Counted from the first letter of the stretch, positions 11,036 to 23,479 are shown. The stretch is DNA of 33,000 bases from Dicyema japonicum (GCA_011109175.1 RDEW01000010.1:1327999-1360998); one strand, 5' to 3'. The notes: generated from the sequence alone by a model not told the origin. Numbers and translations: made by a program.

Positions 11036-12122
11036 GGAATACTCTGATTGCCTCAAAAGATGTACTGAATTCGTACTTAACGTTTCTCTTGACACCCCTG
11101 GATGGATACAGACTCAATTACCGATATCATTGGGTGGAATCGGTCTTACTACTCCCTGCCAAATTGCTGGCCCGGCGTATTTTGCCTCAAAACTTTCATG
11201 CAAAAACCAAGTGGACTCAATTCTTTCAAAGCTTCCATCTCGGAAACTGTCCAATGACTTGGTTGAATACATGGACGTGTGGCGAAGTGAAGGGCTTAGC
11301 GAGCCGCGTAACCCAGACCAACAATCGTCTTGGATGATCCATAGATGGAATGCTCTGGCATCCAACCTAGTCAGCCGGCTCTCTGGACATCGCCTGGATT
11401 GTTTCCAAAATTCGAGGGAGGCGGTTGATGGATCTTGGCTTGGGGTTTACCCATGTCAAGAAGTTGGTGGATTGTTGGATGATGACTCACTTCGTACAGC
11501 TGTATGTCTACACCTCGGATTGCCTGTTTGCACCAAATCGAAGTGCAAATGTGGCTGTCTATCGGACGAACTGGGTCTCCACCTCCTCTCATGCCGGAGC
11601 GGAATTGGCAGATCTTCTCGACATTCGGCAATGAACGACATCATTAAGAGGGCATTAGAATCGGCTGGATTCCGTTGCCGGATCGAACCGACTGGTCTAT
11701 TTGACAACGGAAGACGCCCTGACGGCATGACCTCCTTTCCTTTTGAGCGAGGGCGAAACCTTGTATGGGATGTGACCTGTGTCTGCTCTTTCGCCCCAAG
11801 CAAAAAAAATAATTCACCAGGCAGACCTTCTTCTCAAGCAGAGGAAGTAAAAAACGCTAAATATTCGGATATCAGCGACAGGTACATTTTCGCACCTGTC
11901 GCGATTGAAACTTCGGGGAACTTTGGCCCTAAAACGCTGAAGTTCCTGAACCATTTGGGAAAATTACTCACTGACAAAACTGGTGATCTTCGTGAGACGA
12001 GATGGCTCAAGGAGAAGCTCTCGTTGGCTGTTGTCCGTGGGAATAGCTTGTGCATCTCCCAACAGCTGAATTAACTATTCTTTTTCCTTTTCCTTATAAT
12101 AATAATGAGTTAAAAATAAAAA
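11036..12122 (+). mobile_element. 5'-truncated CRE-clade-like RLE retrotransposon with an uninterrupted C-terminal ORF
   Basis: 15-bp TSD aaataaacataaaat (11021-11035 and 12123-12137). QLPISLGGIGL, CKCG...H..SC zinc finger, RH..MND, RPDG...WDVTC and K..KY...PVAIETSG RLE motifs. TAA/A-rich tail. Confidence 0.9.
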
Positions 12123-12329
12123 AAATAAACATAAAATTGAAGATCTAAATATAAACGAAATATCAACAAACGACAAATAATAAAGATTTATTAAACTTCC
12201 AAAGTGTTACTACTAAGCAGCCCTTGTCAGTCCATCCTTGTAGGATAGGAGCAGTGTAACTCTTTTCTTTAAAATATATCCAGTTTGGTGAGTTATATTC
12301 AACCAACCACAAAGCACTTTTTTCCTTTT

Positions 12330-12398
12330 TTTAACCCCACCAGACTCGTCCTCTCCTTTGTCGGTCTGGGATCACTTAGTTAGTTGAGAACTTTTTAT
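12330..12398 (+). mobile_element. isolated LINE 3'-end fragment
   Basis: ctgggatcacttagttagttgagaactt is nearly identical to the reverse complement of 30991-31020, the 3' end of the LINE at 30960-31840. Confidence 0.6.
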
Positions 12399-13918
12399 TT
12401 CTTTCTCTTTGATAGTGATCCTGAAGGTAATAATAATACTAAGCAGCCATCCTGATTGCAAAAGCTTTCCCCTACGATTTCCATAGAAATGCCCTCAATC
12501 AACCATCCCTCTTCTCAGCTGTCTCTCTTTTTGCTACCAACGATCTGTGAAAATAGTGAACTATCCTTTTACAAGATTAAATGTCTGTGAACTAAAACTG
12601 CGACTATGTGATAAATTGTTAACTAATGAGTCAATTGTCTAGTAATGACTGTTGATGATATCACTTCGTTGTATTCTGCAACCATCAGTCCCAATGATAG
12701 TCCTGATAATACTATTTTTACTATTTCCATAAATTTCTTGCATTCTCGTCCTGCCTTCCTTTGGATTATTTATAGTAGAGTCTTCTAAACCAAACATTCT
12801 AATCAACAAAATTTACCTTATTCCTAAAACATTTTATAGCATTTTTCCAATGCAAGCTTTTCTCCCTCAATGAACTCTTTAATGGACTCAAACTCACCAG
12901 CAACCTTCATTGATTCTGTAAACTACTACATTTTTATATTTAGTGGGAAAGCCTGAGGAATTGTAAATATGGTTAATATTACCTCAAAAACATAAATTTT
13001 TGTTAGCCCAATTAATAAAATATTTCCTACAAAACTAAATTTGTGGAAATTGGTTATCTCTATTTGTGACCACAACACTGCAGATATTAACAATAATCAT
13101 TAAATATGTACTTTATCATTTGGTTATCAATTAACAGTTCACACCAATCTATCTTATGATATACATGGCCCTCATCACCTCTACTTAGTATTTGATACTT
13201 ATCTACACCCCACTTAGGAGTAGCAAACTGAAAGCGTAAGAGGAATACATTCACTATACACACCAAGGTCTATTCAACCAGTCTGACAGTTAACCAACCA
13301 AAACCGCTATAAAGTAGATTGGTCTTCTGGTTGATGCACTCACCACTGAGGTCACCAATCAATCACACGTGACCTATATTACCAAATAAACCAAATTATA
13401 TAACATTAAACAAAAGACATGTTCAATAATAAATTTAAAGGTTAACGTGTGAGGGTAACGAATTCTTTGTTCTATTTTTTTAATGCCATGTTTTTTAGGG
13501 CTTCAGACAAACTAGATGAGTAAACCGGACTGTTGTTGTGGACTCCTTCCACGTGGAGAATATTGGAATAACGGAATAAGTCATCGGTTGAGTCTTTTCC
13601 CTTTATAAATCAGAGAGGCTTTCTATTGCTTGAAATGAAATGATACTTCAATGATTCCAATTTGATCGCTCTAACAATTCCCGAGATTTGATCATCACCA
13701 GCACCTGTAGAGCCACCAAACCTATATATCATATATAGTTCCCTCAATTCCTTCTCCTCTTCCGTTCATTCAAGTAAATTGAATATTTACCAACATAATG
13801 GTGATGTTATATCGTATCAATTAATTTGGTTCGCCAATAAAAAATAATATTATAATTTTAATAATACATTTTAATATTATAAAAATAATTTTTATCTAAT
13901 TCAATATTTATTCAAGTA

Positions 13919-14557
13919 GATCCCTGCTTGGTGATAAAGAAGACATCATTGCACGGAAGATTAAAGCAAATACGGCCTTATACAACTTGAGAAGAAATTG
14001 GTTTCTAAGAAAGAAGGGCTTGAATCGAGAGATCAGAACTCGACTATACAATTCGTTAGTCAAACCAATACTCCTATATAATGCAAGTTCTTGGTCATTA
14101 ACCCTAAATGACATTGAAAAACTAAACTCCTTCCATCGGGGACAACTACGGAAGATTCATTCGTGCTGGGACCGTATGAGAACAAAAAGTCAAGAACTAT
14201 ACTCTATTACGTCTTCTAAACCGATTTCACTAGACATCATGGAATTTCGTTGGAGTTTATTTGGACACATCCTACGGGGAAATATCGAAACTCCAACTAA
14301 TATTGCCATGGAGGAATACTTTCAAACCGAGGAGGTGAATTTCCGAGGACGTCCGAGAGCATCACTGGCCACGACACTGAATGAAGACCTGAAAAGAATA
14401 GGATTATCTCTAACTACGGGAGATGACCTGGATTACTCGAGGGATTTGGCTCAGGATCGTGGAAGTGGAGAAAATTAACTAAAAAATTAATGTTTGGTAC
14501 TGCACTGGTTTTGTCATTTCCAATGGCAAGACGTTGTGCTTTATAATAATAATAATA
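13919..14557 (+). mobile_element. 5'-truncated RTE-like LINE
   Basis: 9-bp TSD attcaagta (13910-13918 and 14558-14566) and a (TAA)n tail. RLYNSLVKPILLYNASSW, RWSLFGHILR and RGRPR motifs typical of the RTE C-terminus. Confidence 0.85.
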
Positions 14558-14754
14558 ATTCAAGTAAATTTTTATGTCAAAAATAAATTAACGTCAGTTT
14601 GCCAGGTTTCTACATATTAGCGAAACTTGGTTAATAATTTAATTTAACGCCAGTTTTTATTAAATCGAGTTAATTTTGTCAATTTTTAAATATTTTCAAT
14701 AATTTTAATAGTTGACCTTGTTTAAATTGATTTTCAAATGCCCGATGTTAATTT

Positions 14755-14990
14755 ATACGGACGAAACCTGATCTGGGACGCGACATGTGTCGATACTTAT
14801 TCCCCGTCTAATTTGGTTGCTTCTGCTTCAGACCCAGGACATGCTTCAAAGCAGGCCGAGGAACGAAAGAGGAGGAAGTACCAGAGAATTTCGGAGGAGT
14901 ATCTTTTTGTTCCATTCGCGGTGGAAACGTCAGGAATCCTTGGCCCCCGATGAGTTGGTTCGTAAGATCGCCATTCAGATGCCTTAATTT
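14755..14990 (+). mobile_element. CRE-like RLE 3' fragment
   Basis: GRNLIWDATCVDTY...AEERKRRKY...FVPFAVETSG. Confidence 0.8.
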
Positions 14991-15054
14991 AATTTTTATA
15001 TTTATGACTTATTTTATGTAATTTAATTTTGTGATTAATTTTTTAAAAGTTTTT

Positions 15055-15390
15055 ATACACCACGCAGAGGTCAAGATTGTCCCGATTGTAATCAGTTGGG
15101 ATGGACATTCGTGGAAGTATGCCAGATCTTTGAATATAAGTGAAAGAACGTATGCGTATGTTTCAATCGCTGGTAATCAAGAATACTTTGGAGAGTATGA
15201 TTGTATCATAAAGGAATCAAGTCGAAGTTTCGCGGTGCTATGATCAACTTAATGATGGGATAAAGGATATTCACTTTCGGTCTGATTAGAAAGAAATCCA
15301 AGAGAAGAGTGTGAGCGAAGTGATGACAATATATATTGAGGAAAAGGAATGTAGTTGCTCGAAAAGGAAACGAATTGGATAGACAACATT
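15055..15390 (+). mobile_element. second R4/Dong-like RLE 3' fragment
   Basis: HHAEVKIVPIVISWDGHSWKYARSLNISERTYAY parallels the fragment at 10560-10965. Confidence 0.7.
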
Positions 15391-15489
15391 TTAATTAGAA
15401 TTAACTTTTAAGAAAAAGGGAATAATTGTTTTATTTTTAAAAAGTTAATTAAATTTTGCGGTTTTTCTTCAAAGCCTTTATTTGATAAT

Positions 15490-17640
15490 AAATATATTCA
15501 GAAATTTAATTGCTGTCATGATTGCAAGCGAGATTCTCTCAAATAACCAGCAGCGCTCACGGGGGTCTCCTGATCGTGTATAAATCCGATTCCCTAGACG
15601 ACTCAAGAATTCCAGAGTCGCAGGCGCAATGAACCAGACGTCTCAACGGCGATCGGAACGAACAAAAAATCATTGAGTAGGATCGTGTACTTTGCAAGTT
15701 TCAACCTCTCGGCCTCTTCAGTGGCAGAACAGGCTCAAGAGGCACTCTGGAGTAGGTCGCAAGGGCAAATGTGTTGGTGCAGGTGACGTTCCAGGCGGTT
15801 TCAAGAAGGAAGATTGTCATCCCATCTGGTCTTTTTCCGTCACACCTGCAAAGACCAACTAGTTCAAGCATCGAAGAGTATCCGGCAGCATCCAAAGCTC
15901 ACCTAACGACTTTGTTCAAGGGCATGTGTCTGCACTTTCCCTTAAGGAGAAAGGGTGTAGACCAAAACAGTAGACCTGGTCTCCGCATTGGCAAGGATGT
16001 GGAAAAAAGACTTTTAATCCCAATACGGAGGTATTTAACATCAAGTAAGGTACCCAAAACACGATTGGGAATGGCGTTGAGCTAGGCACCGCTCTCGGAA
16101 GACGCCCCCGACAACAAACAGGCACGTCGATGTTGGCTAGATGACATTAGTAAATCTTCAAAAGAATTCCAGCATATAGCATCGTCCAGGCCCCGCTGAG
16201 AGAACGCGGAAGACTGGGAAAGCCGATAAGTAAGGCTCCAGGCCTCACGAGGCTAATCGGTGTTTTGGTCAATAGAGAATTTAGGGAGGGAATGTAGAAT
16301 CCTCTTGACAAGCCTGCTACAAGCCATTAGCGAAAGTTTGGTGATTTTCTCTATTGCAAGACAAAACAAAAGAATCCAAAAGGATCTTCCTGTTGCAAGT
16401 CGGAATACGAAGGAATTAAGTAGTTCCCGAAAAGTAAGGATAAAGGTAGACTGTATGACTGATTCACAAATTCGAAAATGTTAGGCATCTCTCAATACAC
16501 GCCTCCAGGGTATTGTCTCTCCTTAGACAATTGAAGGCGTTCTTGATGTCCAGTTTTACCAGGACATGCCTCCGGGAATCTTTTATACTGCGGTTTAGGA
16601 GTGTCCTCACTGAATGGACAGCGGTCTCGCATCCCAGGTGAGCTCAAGAATTTTGTGACGAGTGAAATAGAATGTCTGGAGGAAATTTTAGCAGCCAGTC
16701 TTCTGAAGACAAACCCGACCTCAACAGGTAGTACTCTGCCGCCTTTTTTATTGAAGGCTATCAAATTGGCGGATATCTACGGGAAGTAATCCAAACAGGA
16801 TCCGGTTCATAAGTGAAGTTCGTAAGACGAAGTCCCTGGTCGCCTACGGATAAAGAGGTTAGATTTTTCAGATAGCCAGGTCTCATTCCATCGAGCCCGT
16901 CACTGCTAATAATAATAACAGCCTATTTCACGGAGCCATGGTATTAGCTTCGCATAGGCAGGACACACACTTTATTTAAGTAAAGAACAGTTAATTTTAA
17001 CTAATCGTAGAACCAAGGAATGATCTTCATTTTTTTTTTCTTTTTCTTGTGTGTGGGTCCTTTTCTAGACAATCCAGTTCCGCAGTGAGAGTTCACTGAT
17101 GACGGCGTCACTCGTAAAGCCTTTTCAGCATCGTAGATGCGTGGAACCTTCCACCAGGTGAACAGCAGCGAGATTTGAACCCGTAACCTAAGTCACTTTA
17201 GCCCGACACCTAACCACTATCCCACCCGGCTGCTACTAGGGCCAAAATTCCGTATTGCGAGGAGAACTTCATCGTTCGATGCAGTCAGGGGACTCCCTCC
17301 GAATGGGGGAGCGACTAGACGTAGGTTGTGGGGTGGCAGAGGATTCTTGTTCAATAAAATATTGTAGGTGTCGGTCCACTTAAGGAAAGCGCCTTGATGG
17401 CTGCGCGTACCATCTTCGATTAACTTCGACCGAACAGTTCTTTTGAGACGGAGCAATTCGACTTCCTCGTTCAAACTACGTGTCTCCCGCGTACGGTTTG
17501 AAGGTGTGGGGCAACTGGGGATGTGGGTTCTTCCCATAAAAGAACAAATGTTAGTCTCCATGGTGGTAGAGAGAGACTCCTTTCTGTGACCGTCTCGATC
17601 AAGTCCCAGTGCGGTGCACCAATCCTATACTGCGTTAGTC
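15490..17640 (-). mobile_element. decayed CRE-like RT-RLE retrotransposon interrupted by a SINE
   Basis: AIRNFGPSSS|DGLDGMRP (split by the SINE), LIAFNKKGGRVLPVEVGFVFRRLAAK, KLDIKNAFN, CQCG and KRPDGMT...WNVTCTNTFA. Many frameshifts. Confidence 0.85.
16909..17229 (-). mobile_element. tRNA-derived SINE, ~321 bp
   Basis: The head GCCGGGTGGGATAGTGGTTAGG...GGTTCAAATC carries Pol III A and B boxes. (TTA)n tail. 6-bp TSD ctgcta (16903-16908 and 17230-17235). Removing it restores the CRE RT frame. Confidence 0.85.
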
Positions 17641-18569
17641 CTATTGGTAGATGACAAAAATGATAGGGGAGAAACTGGAAGGGTAAGTGTTGTTGATAAG
17701 AAATTTGAAGTAAATTCTATAATTTAGACTGTTAGTAGTGGGTCTCTACCAATAAGCAGTTCATTTTAATTAATTAGAAAAGCCCTTTATGAGATTTATG
17801 AGCATCACTTTAAGTCCTACTATACATTTATTATATTTTTGGCATAAAACCTTAGACTGTATCTGCTCAACCGCTCTCCTGCAGTTTACTTATTCTATTA
17901 TCCCTACAGTTTCCAAAACATTTTTTTGATTTTGAGAATTATTCTGATACACGTTTTTGGTGCTAGGCAGTTATCGTTTATTATTTTTTATATCACTAAT
18001 CACTGTTTGTGCAGATTTGTTATGAACTATTGTGTTTTCCAGCCTTTTACCTTATAATTTATTTGACTTTTAACATTTTAATTCCAATCTTATATTTATC
18101 GACTTGTTTGATCTGTTTGTTGTCTTTTTTTACATCTGGTCTTTTCTAACTCTTGATTTCCGCAGAAACAGTGGACAACCAGTAACTCATATTAATAATC
18201 AGCGTGTTCATTTGTAATTTCAAATTCGTTTTTATAAAAATAAGGATAATATTTCTTTACTGTTGTACTTACTAATTTGGTGACAGTGTTTATCAAAGCA
18301 GTTTGCTTCATTGCGAGTTAACATCTCCCCACAAATTTCTTGCTTTAATGTTGTGTCAAATTTTACCAATCCTTTTCAGTAATCATCCTTGTTTTCTTAT
18401 ATACAATTGTCTTAAGAAGCGAGTAATTACCGATTTATGGTCACTGAATGTTTCAACATCATCTATAAATGTTATAAATGACCATGAAATAAATAATGAA
18501 TAGAATTTGCTTAGCGTTCCTTGTAAGGTAAATCACATGATCATTCTTGGGAATTAAAGAAATAACCAA

Positions 18570-21090
18570 AAAGTTAATTATAAAAAAGACACCAGATGAA
18601 CCCATCTTCTCTCAGAGGCGTCCTCATCCTCTCTAGATCCAACAAAGTCTCGATAGGTACGTTGCTCCAGTGATTTCCCACGTAAGATGCACGCGACGTG
18701 ACCTCTTTACAAGGTCCTCGAAAGAGATTTCCAGTATTATAACGCTTGTTATTCAATAAATAGACTGGTTAACGATGTTCCCATCATGTAGATATATGGG
18801 AGAATGTTGGGCCAATAATAGTCTTTGATGCCTTTTGAATAGTTGATGGTCGATGTTCTTGAAACAAACAAAGACCAAGCCTCACTTGCATGGGGCAACG
18901 TCGGCTGGACAAACTATTTGTAGATCATCTGAAAGCATCTAGCGTCACTTCTGAGAGCCTTGAAACGACTTTTAATAATCGTCATCCTTTCAGTGCAGCC
19001 GTTACTCGGTTATCCAAATGCTTTGGGAAATAGAGTCCTTGGTCGAGTGTCACTCCAAGTATATTTGGTGTGTAATTGATGGGAATTACTCTGTTATTGA
19101 GAGAAATGTTAGGTTTCAATAAATAGTCCCTCTTGCACGTTGTAAATAGAATAATGTAGGATTTTGTAGGGGAAGCTTCAAGAGGGAGTTTCTTAAGCTA
19201 AGAAATTAAATTGTTAAGCATGTTCTGGGCAATCGTGGTAGCAGACTTTTTTTCCTTTGCAGCGATAATGATATCGTCCGAGTATGATAGTAGAAGACAA
19301 TTTTCGTAGTGCGGTTTCGGAATGTCATTGATGTACAGGTTGAAAAGGGCTGGCGATAGTGGGGATCCTCGAGGGATTCTATTTGGTAGGAGACGGGATT
19401 TTGACTTTATGTTATTGCAAATCACTTTTCCACGTCTCCCACTTAAGAAATTGGCAATCCATAGTTTTATGTTTGGGTGGATGCATGTATCGTAAATTTT
19501 CTCAGTAAGGAGTTTTCTTGAGACTGTGTCGAAAGCCTTTGTTAAATCAGCAGAGACCAAGACTGTTCGTTGGTCTGGTTTAGTGTAATTGAATCCCTCC
19601 GCAATGAACTGGCACAGGGACGTTAGGTATGTTGCTGTGGAGTGTTTAGCCCGGAATCCACGTTGGAAAAGAGAGAGCAGGATGTAGTCTTTGATATTTA
19701 AAAAAACTAATCTTTGGAGTATTCGGGAAAATGAACATAGGATCTAGATTGGTCTATAGGAAGAGGAGTTATTTTCGGATTTTCCTGGCTTCAAGATCGG
19801 TTTGATGTATGATCTCTTCCAGACATCCGGAATAATGTTCCTATTTATTGATATTGTGAATATGTAAGCAATTAAATCTAAAACAAGTGGTTCTAGATGC
19901 ATTAGTTCCGTTGTATAAATATTTTCTGGACCTCGGGCTTTGGAGTTTCGGGCCTTTGATATTGCTCACTGGACGTCCTTCGCCGTAAATATGGTCCACA
20001 CATATGATCTTTTCGGTTTTATTCTGTTTAAGAGTACTTAGTGTTCTTTGGAGTAGTTTTTGTGTGCTATGGAAGCATAGTATTTCATTAAGGTGTTTGG
20101 TTTTAGTGATATCCCATTTCATCTAAAGACCTTTTGATAGACTTGATTTTGTTCCAGACCTTCTGTACCGACGGATTTTCTGTTAGGACTTTGATAGTTC
20201 TGTCCAGCGTTTCTCGTTTGTTTTACTAATATATTTGTTGATCTCCTTGTTTAGTGTACGAATTCTTATTATATCCTCATTCGACGGTATGTTCTTTTTC
20301 TTTAAATAGTTTTTCTTTGACTAAATGTTTGGTTGTTGAATTGAATTGCCTGTTTGTCGGTTGACTTCCCATTGGAATTTATATTTTTCTAGCTTCTTGA
20401 ATTAACGTGAGCTTTATAATGCTGTTTAGTGATGAGGCATCATGTAGTTTTGATGACTTGATCTGCATGTCAATAACTCGCAAATCTTGTCCAGTCAGCA
20501 AGGTTATAGTTTATCAAAGTATGGAGTGACCTTCGATAAGTTGATCTTGTTTTTATTTGTAAAATGATCGGATTATGATCACTCAGAGTTTCGTATTTCA
20601 CGCTCCATGAAATTGAAGAAGCCAGATTGGGAGACGCGATTGAAACGTCAGGGGATGACAGTTTATCATTTTGTCTTGAAGGGGTTCTTTTGTGAAAGTT
20701 AGGGTCGTTTAGGATGCAAAAGGTTCCCAAGTCTTCGATTAGCATATCTCCCCGCCTGTTTGACGTCTGACCTCTCAGCAATAGCGGATATTTTGTATTT
20801 AGATCATCGCAAATAAGAACGTTCTTGAGCTGATCGACGAAAGTTTTAGGCAATTGGCTGATGATGAAGGAGTAGATATGAATTGATCAGAGGGAGTTGG
20901 ATTTTTGTGTACAGAATTTCGATACTTTCATGGTTTTGGAGATGGTTGTAGACGTATTTGGTGATATCTTCATAAAGGATCCCGTTTCGTATGATAATTA
21001 GTAAGCCTCTCCCAAGTTTTCCACGTCTATCTCTGCGGATAACTGAGTATCCAGGAAATTTTGAAGTTGTGTTCGCACTTCTGAGTTTAA
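18570..21090 (-). mobile_element. 5'-truncated, decayed APE-RT LINE of the same type as 6331-9643
   Basis: ICDDLN, SSPDVS, SDHNPI, QRGFR, ADLTKAFDTV, IPRGSPLSPALFN, YSDD and NILGV motifs. It begins inside the APE domain. Confidence 0.88.
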
Positions 21091-21158
21091 TTTCTATTCA
21101 TTTTTAAATAAATGTTAGACCCTTCACAATTTATTTGGAAGCCGCTATGAAGGAACTT

Positions 21159-21495
21159 CAAAAAGGAAAAAACATCGAAAAAGCCGCGTGGCGCATGTGG
21201 TGCTGCGTGGTTAATTGGTTGAAGTTTTCCGCTTGCTTGTCTGTTCCTCCTCTCTCTTCCTATTAGAGTGGCGTCATGTGATCCACCTGTCTAGGTGACG
21301 CCCAGTGTCAGGCCGGCACGAAAAAGGATCATTTGCTCTTCCCCACTCCAGTGGAGGGGTTTCCACAACTGCATGTAATGGACGTCTTACCTTTTATGCT
21401 GATTCCGGATGGACTCTGTAGAAGTGGAAACTGGATACACTTAATTAGTTGTTTACTTTAACTTCTTTCTCGGTGTATCCGGGGTTAATAAATAA
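21159..21495 (+). mobile_element. 337-bp non-autonomous retroelement (SINE-like) carrying an HDV-like fold
   Basis: 12-bp TSD atgaaggaactt (21147-21158 and 21496-21507), a (TAAA)n tail, no ORF and several hairpins. Confidence 0.85.
21270..21331 (+). ncRNA. candidate HDV-like ribozyme inside the SINE
   Basis: P1 GGCGTC/GACGCC. J1/2 ATG. P2 TGATCC/GGATCA. P3 ACC/GGT. L3 TGTCTA. P4 GTGTC/GGCAC. C21319 is followed by GAAAAA. All stems pair, but P1.1 is non-canonical. Confidence 0.6.
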
Positions 21496-22409
21496 ATGAA
21501 GGAACTTAGACCGTTATACCAAGGAAAGACGAAAGAAGTGATCTACGCGAACGATGTATACCTAATTTCTGAAGACAAAGTGGTCCTGGAAAACCTATTA
21601 GAAAAAGCACCAGATGTACTAGGAAAATGGTTTCTTACTGTGAACAGAATGAAAACAGAACTCACAGAGATAAGAAGGATGAGTAACGTCCTAGAAGAGA
21701 AGTGGCGACAAGTAAAGAAACTCGGTTCACTTATGGGAGATAGCGAAGATATCTTACGTAGGAAAACTCTAGCCAATGCTGCGTTATATAAACTGAAGAA
21801 AATATGGCTTTATCAAAGAGGTATCGACACGAAAATGAGAATCCTATTATACGACTCATTCATAAAACCCGTACTTTTATATAACGCTGGAACTTGGGCG
21901 ACCTCATCAGCGGATATGGAATAACTAGACTCGTTCCACAGAGGTCAGTTGAGAAAAATAACAGAACTACTTGGACTACGAGAATATCGAGAAATGCTTT
22001 ATATAAGAGATGCATTACTAGACCTATCAGCTTAGAAGTACTGGAATCCCGATGGATGCTCTTCGGACACGTACTGAGGATGAAATTAAATCCCCACCGA
22101 ACATATCTATGGAAACATACTATGTTAGTCAAGAAGGCAGCTATCGTGGAAGACCTAGAACAACACTGCCAATAGCCTTACAAAAAGACCTGGTCAATAT
22201 CAAAAGAAATCTAAAAAATGCCGACGACCTGGACAACATGAGAGCCTTGGCTAGGAACAGGGGAGCATGGAAAAGGATGACATTTAACCTTGTTTCTTTT
22301 GCTGCACATAATTAGTATGGCTCTCGTGAAGTGCTTAAATAATAAATGTTAGACCCTCATTATTAATCTAATTTATTGTATAATTTTTAAATAATTAATA
22401 TTCATTGTG

Positions 22410-22974
22410 ATGTCATTCTCATCGTTTTGGAAAAGCTCAGTAAAAGAAACTTACAGAATATTTGACGTTGTTGAACGGAATTTTAGTTCAATCTTAACAT
22501 CTGAGGCTTTGGTAATCAAATTATTAACAAACAGGAAAAACTAAACAACGACAAACGCGTGCGACTTCTCTCCCGTTCAAGCGGTATGTTCTTGAGAATA
22601 ATAAGGACTGATAATGCTGGACTTGCCATTGATTTGACGGTAGAAGAGAAGGACGCTGTTTTGTGGGAGGTCATCAACTTTGGAAGAAATGTGGTGGCTT
22701 TACATAACAACAGCAACTATTTGTGTATGAGAGAGGGATCCCTGATTGTGATAAACTTTGTAATTTTTGATTACTCACGCTTTAGGGTGGTGAATGTCGA
22801 ATACCCCCGTCGTGTATGTTTTTGGGCAGATCTACTAGTGGGAAGTTTGTGTCATTCGAGAATGAAGGATACAAGAAATCATTCATGGGAGTACTTCCTC
22901 ATGGACAGTTGAAAAATGGATTTGCTGGGCATAAAGACGACGCTGATTGTCACTTTTCTGTTATTTCCGAATAA
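22410..22974 (+). CDS. beta-trefoil (FGF/fascin-like) protein, 171 aa, 3 exons
   Basis: Introns 22512-22534 (23 nt) and 22760-22785 (26 nt) give a clean ATG-to-TAA frame. VRLLSRSSGMFLRI, VALHNNSNYLCMREG, CMF and VSFENEGYKKSFMGVLPHG...CHF form a three-repeat beta-trefoil pattern. No signal peptide is evident. Confidence 0.72.
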
Positions 22975-22999
22975 TATTATTTATTACTTAATCATGACA

Positions 23000-23230
23000 A
23001 TAGCATATTGAGAACCACATGAATACACTAGTATACAAGACCTATGGGACTATGAACATTATTTGCCTTGCCGCTAACACACACCTTGGAATGCGACAAC
23101 GGACTGCTGGAAACATGTCACTGGGCCACCCAAAATCGTTATTACTGGCAAAACAACAACGAGAAATATGGATAGAGTCTAAATACGAGCTGAAAGAATT
23201 ATTATCAAAAATTATGAATTGAGAAAAACG
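23000..23230 (+). mobile_element. highly decayed RTE-like 3' fragment
   Basis: Weak similarity to RTE C-terminal blocks. Boundaries are uncertain. Confidence 0.3.
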
Positions 23231-23479
23231 GAGAATGTCAACTGAGAACTATGGACCTGTATAGATCTGTATTAGCTGGATAAACTTGAGATGATTTCTA
23301 AAACTGTCAGTCTCTAAGTGCTGCTGTCACCCAGTTATCTATTCGCCAGGCGAAAGATAGTCTTTGATTGAATATAACTGCCAGAATGATAGCCACGCAG
23401 TCAGGGCAAAAACAAAATGAAGTAAAAATGTATAAAAAAATAATCATTTTGTCCAAATTAAAATATAAAAGAATTAATA

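Larger units (their letters stand above)
21124..22340 (+). mobile_element. 5'-truncated RTE-like LINE containing a nested SINE
   Basis: 17-bp TSD aataaatgttagaccct (21107-21123 and 22341-22357). The frame FTIYLEAAMKEL resumes as MKELRPLY...IYANDV...KKLGS...FIKPVLLYNAGTW...FGHVLR, RGRPRTT. Confidence 0.88.

Noticed and set aside
12400-13800. Exon-like minus-strand stretches
   Set aside because: I could not assemble a stop-free model or recognise a domain.
17090-17140. CTGATGA as a hammerhead ribozyme core
   Set aside because: No GAAA after a stem II and no closing stems.
17160-17230. Functional tRNA gene
   Set aside because: The acceptor stem does not close. It has a body, tail and TSD, so it is a SINE head.
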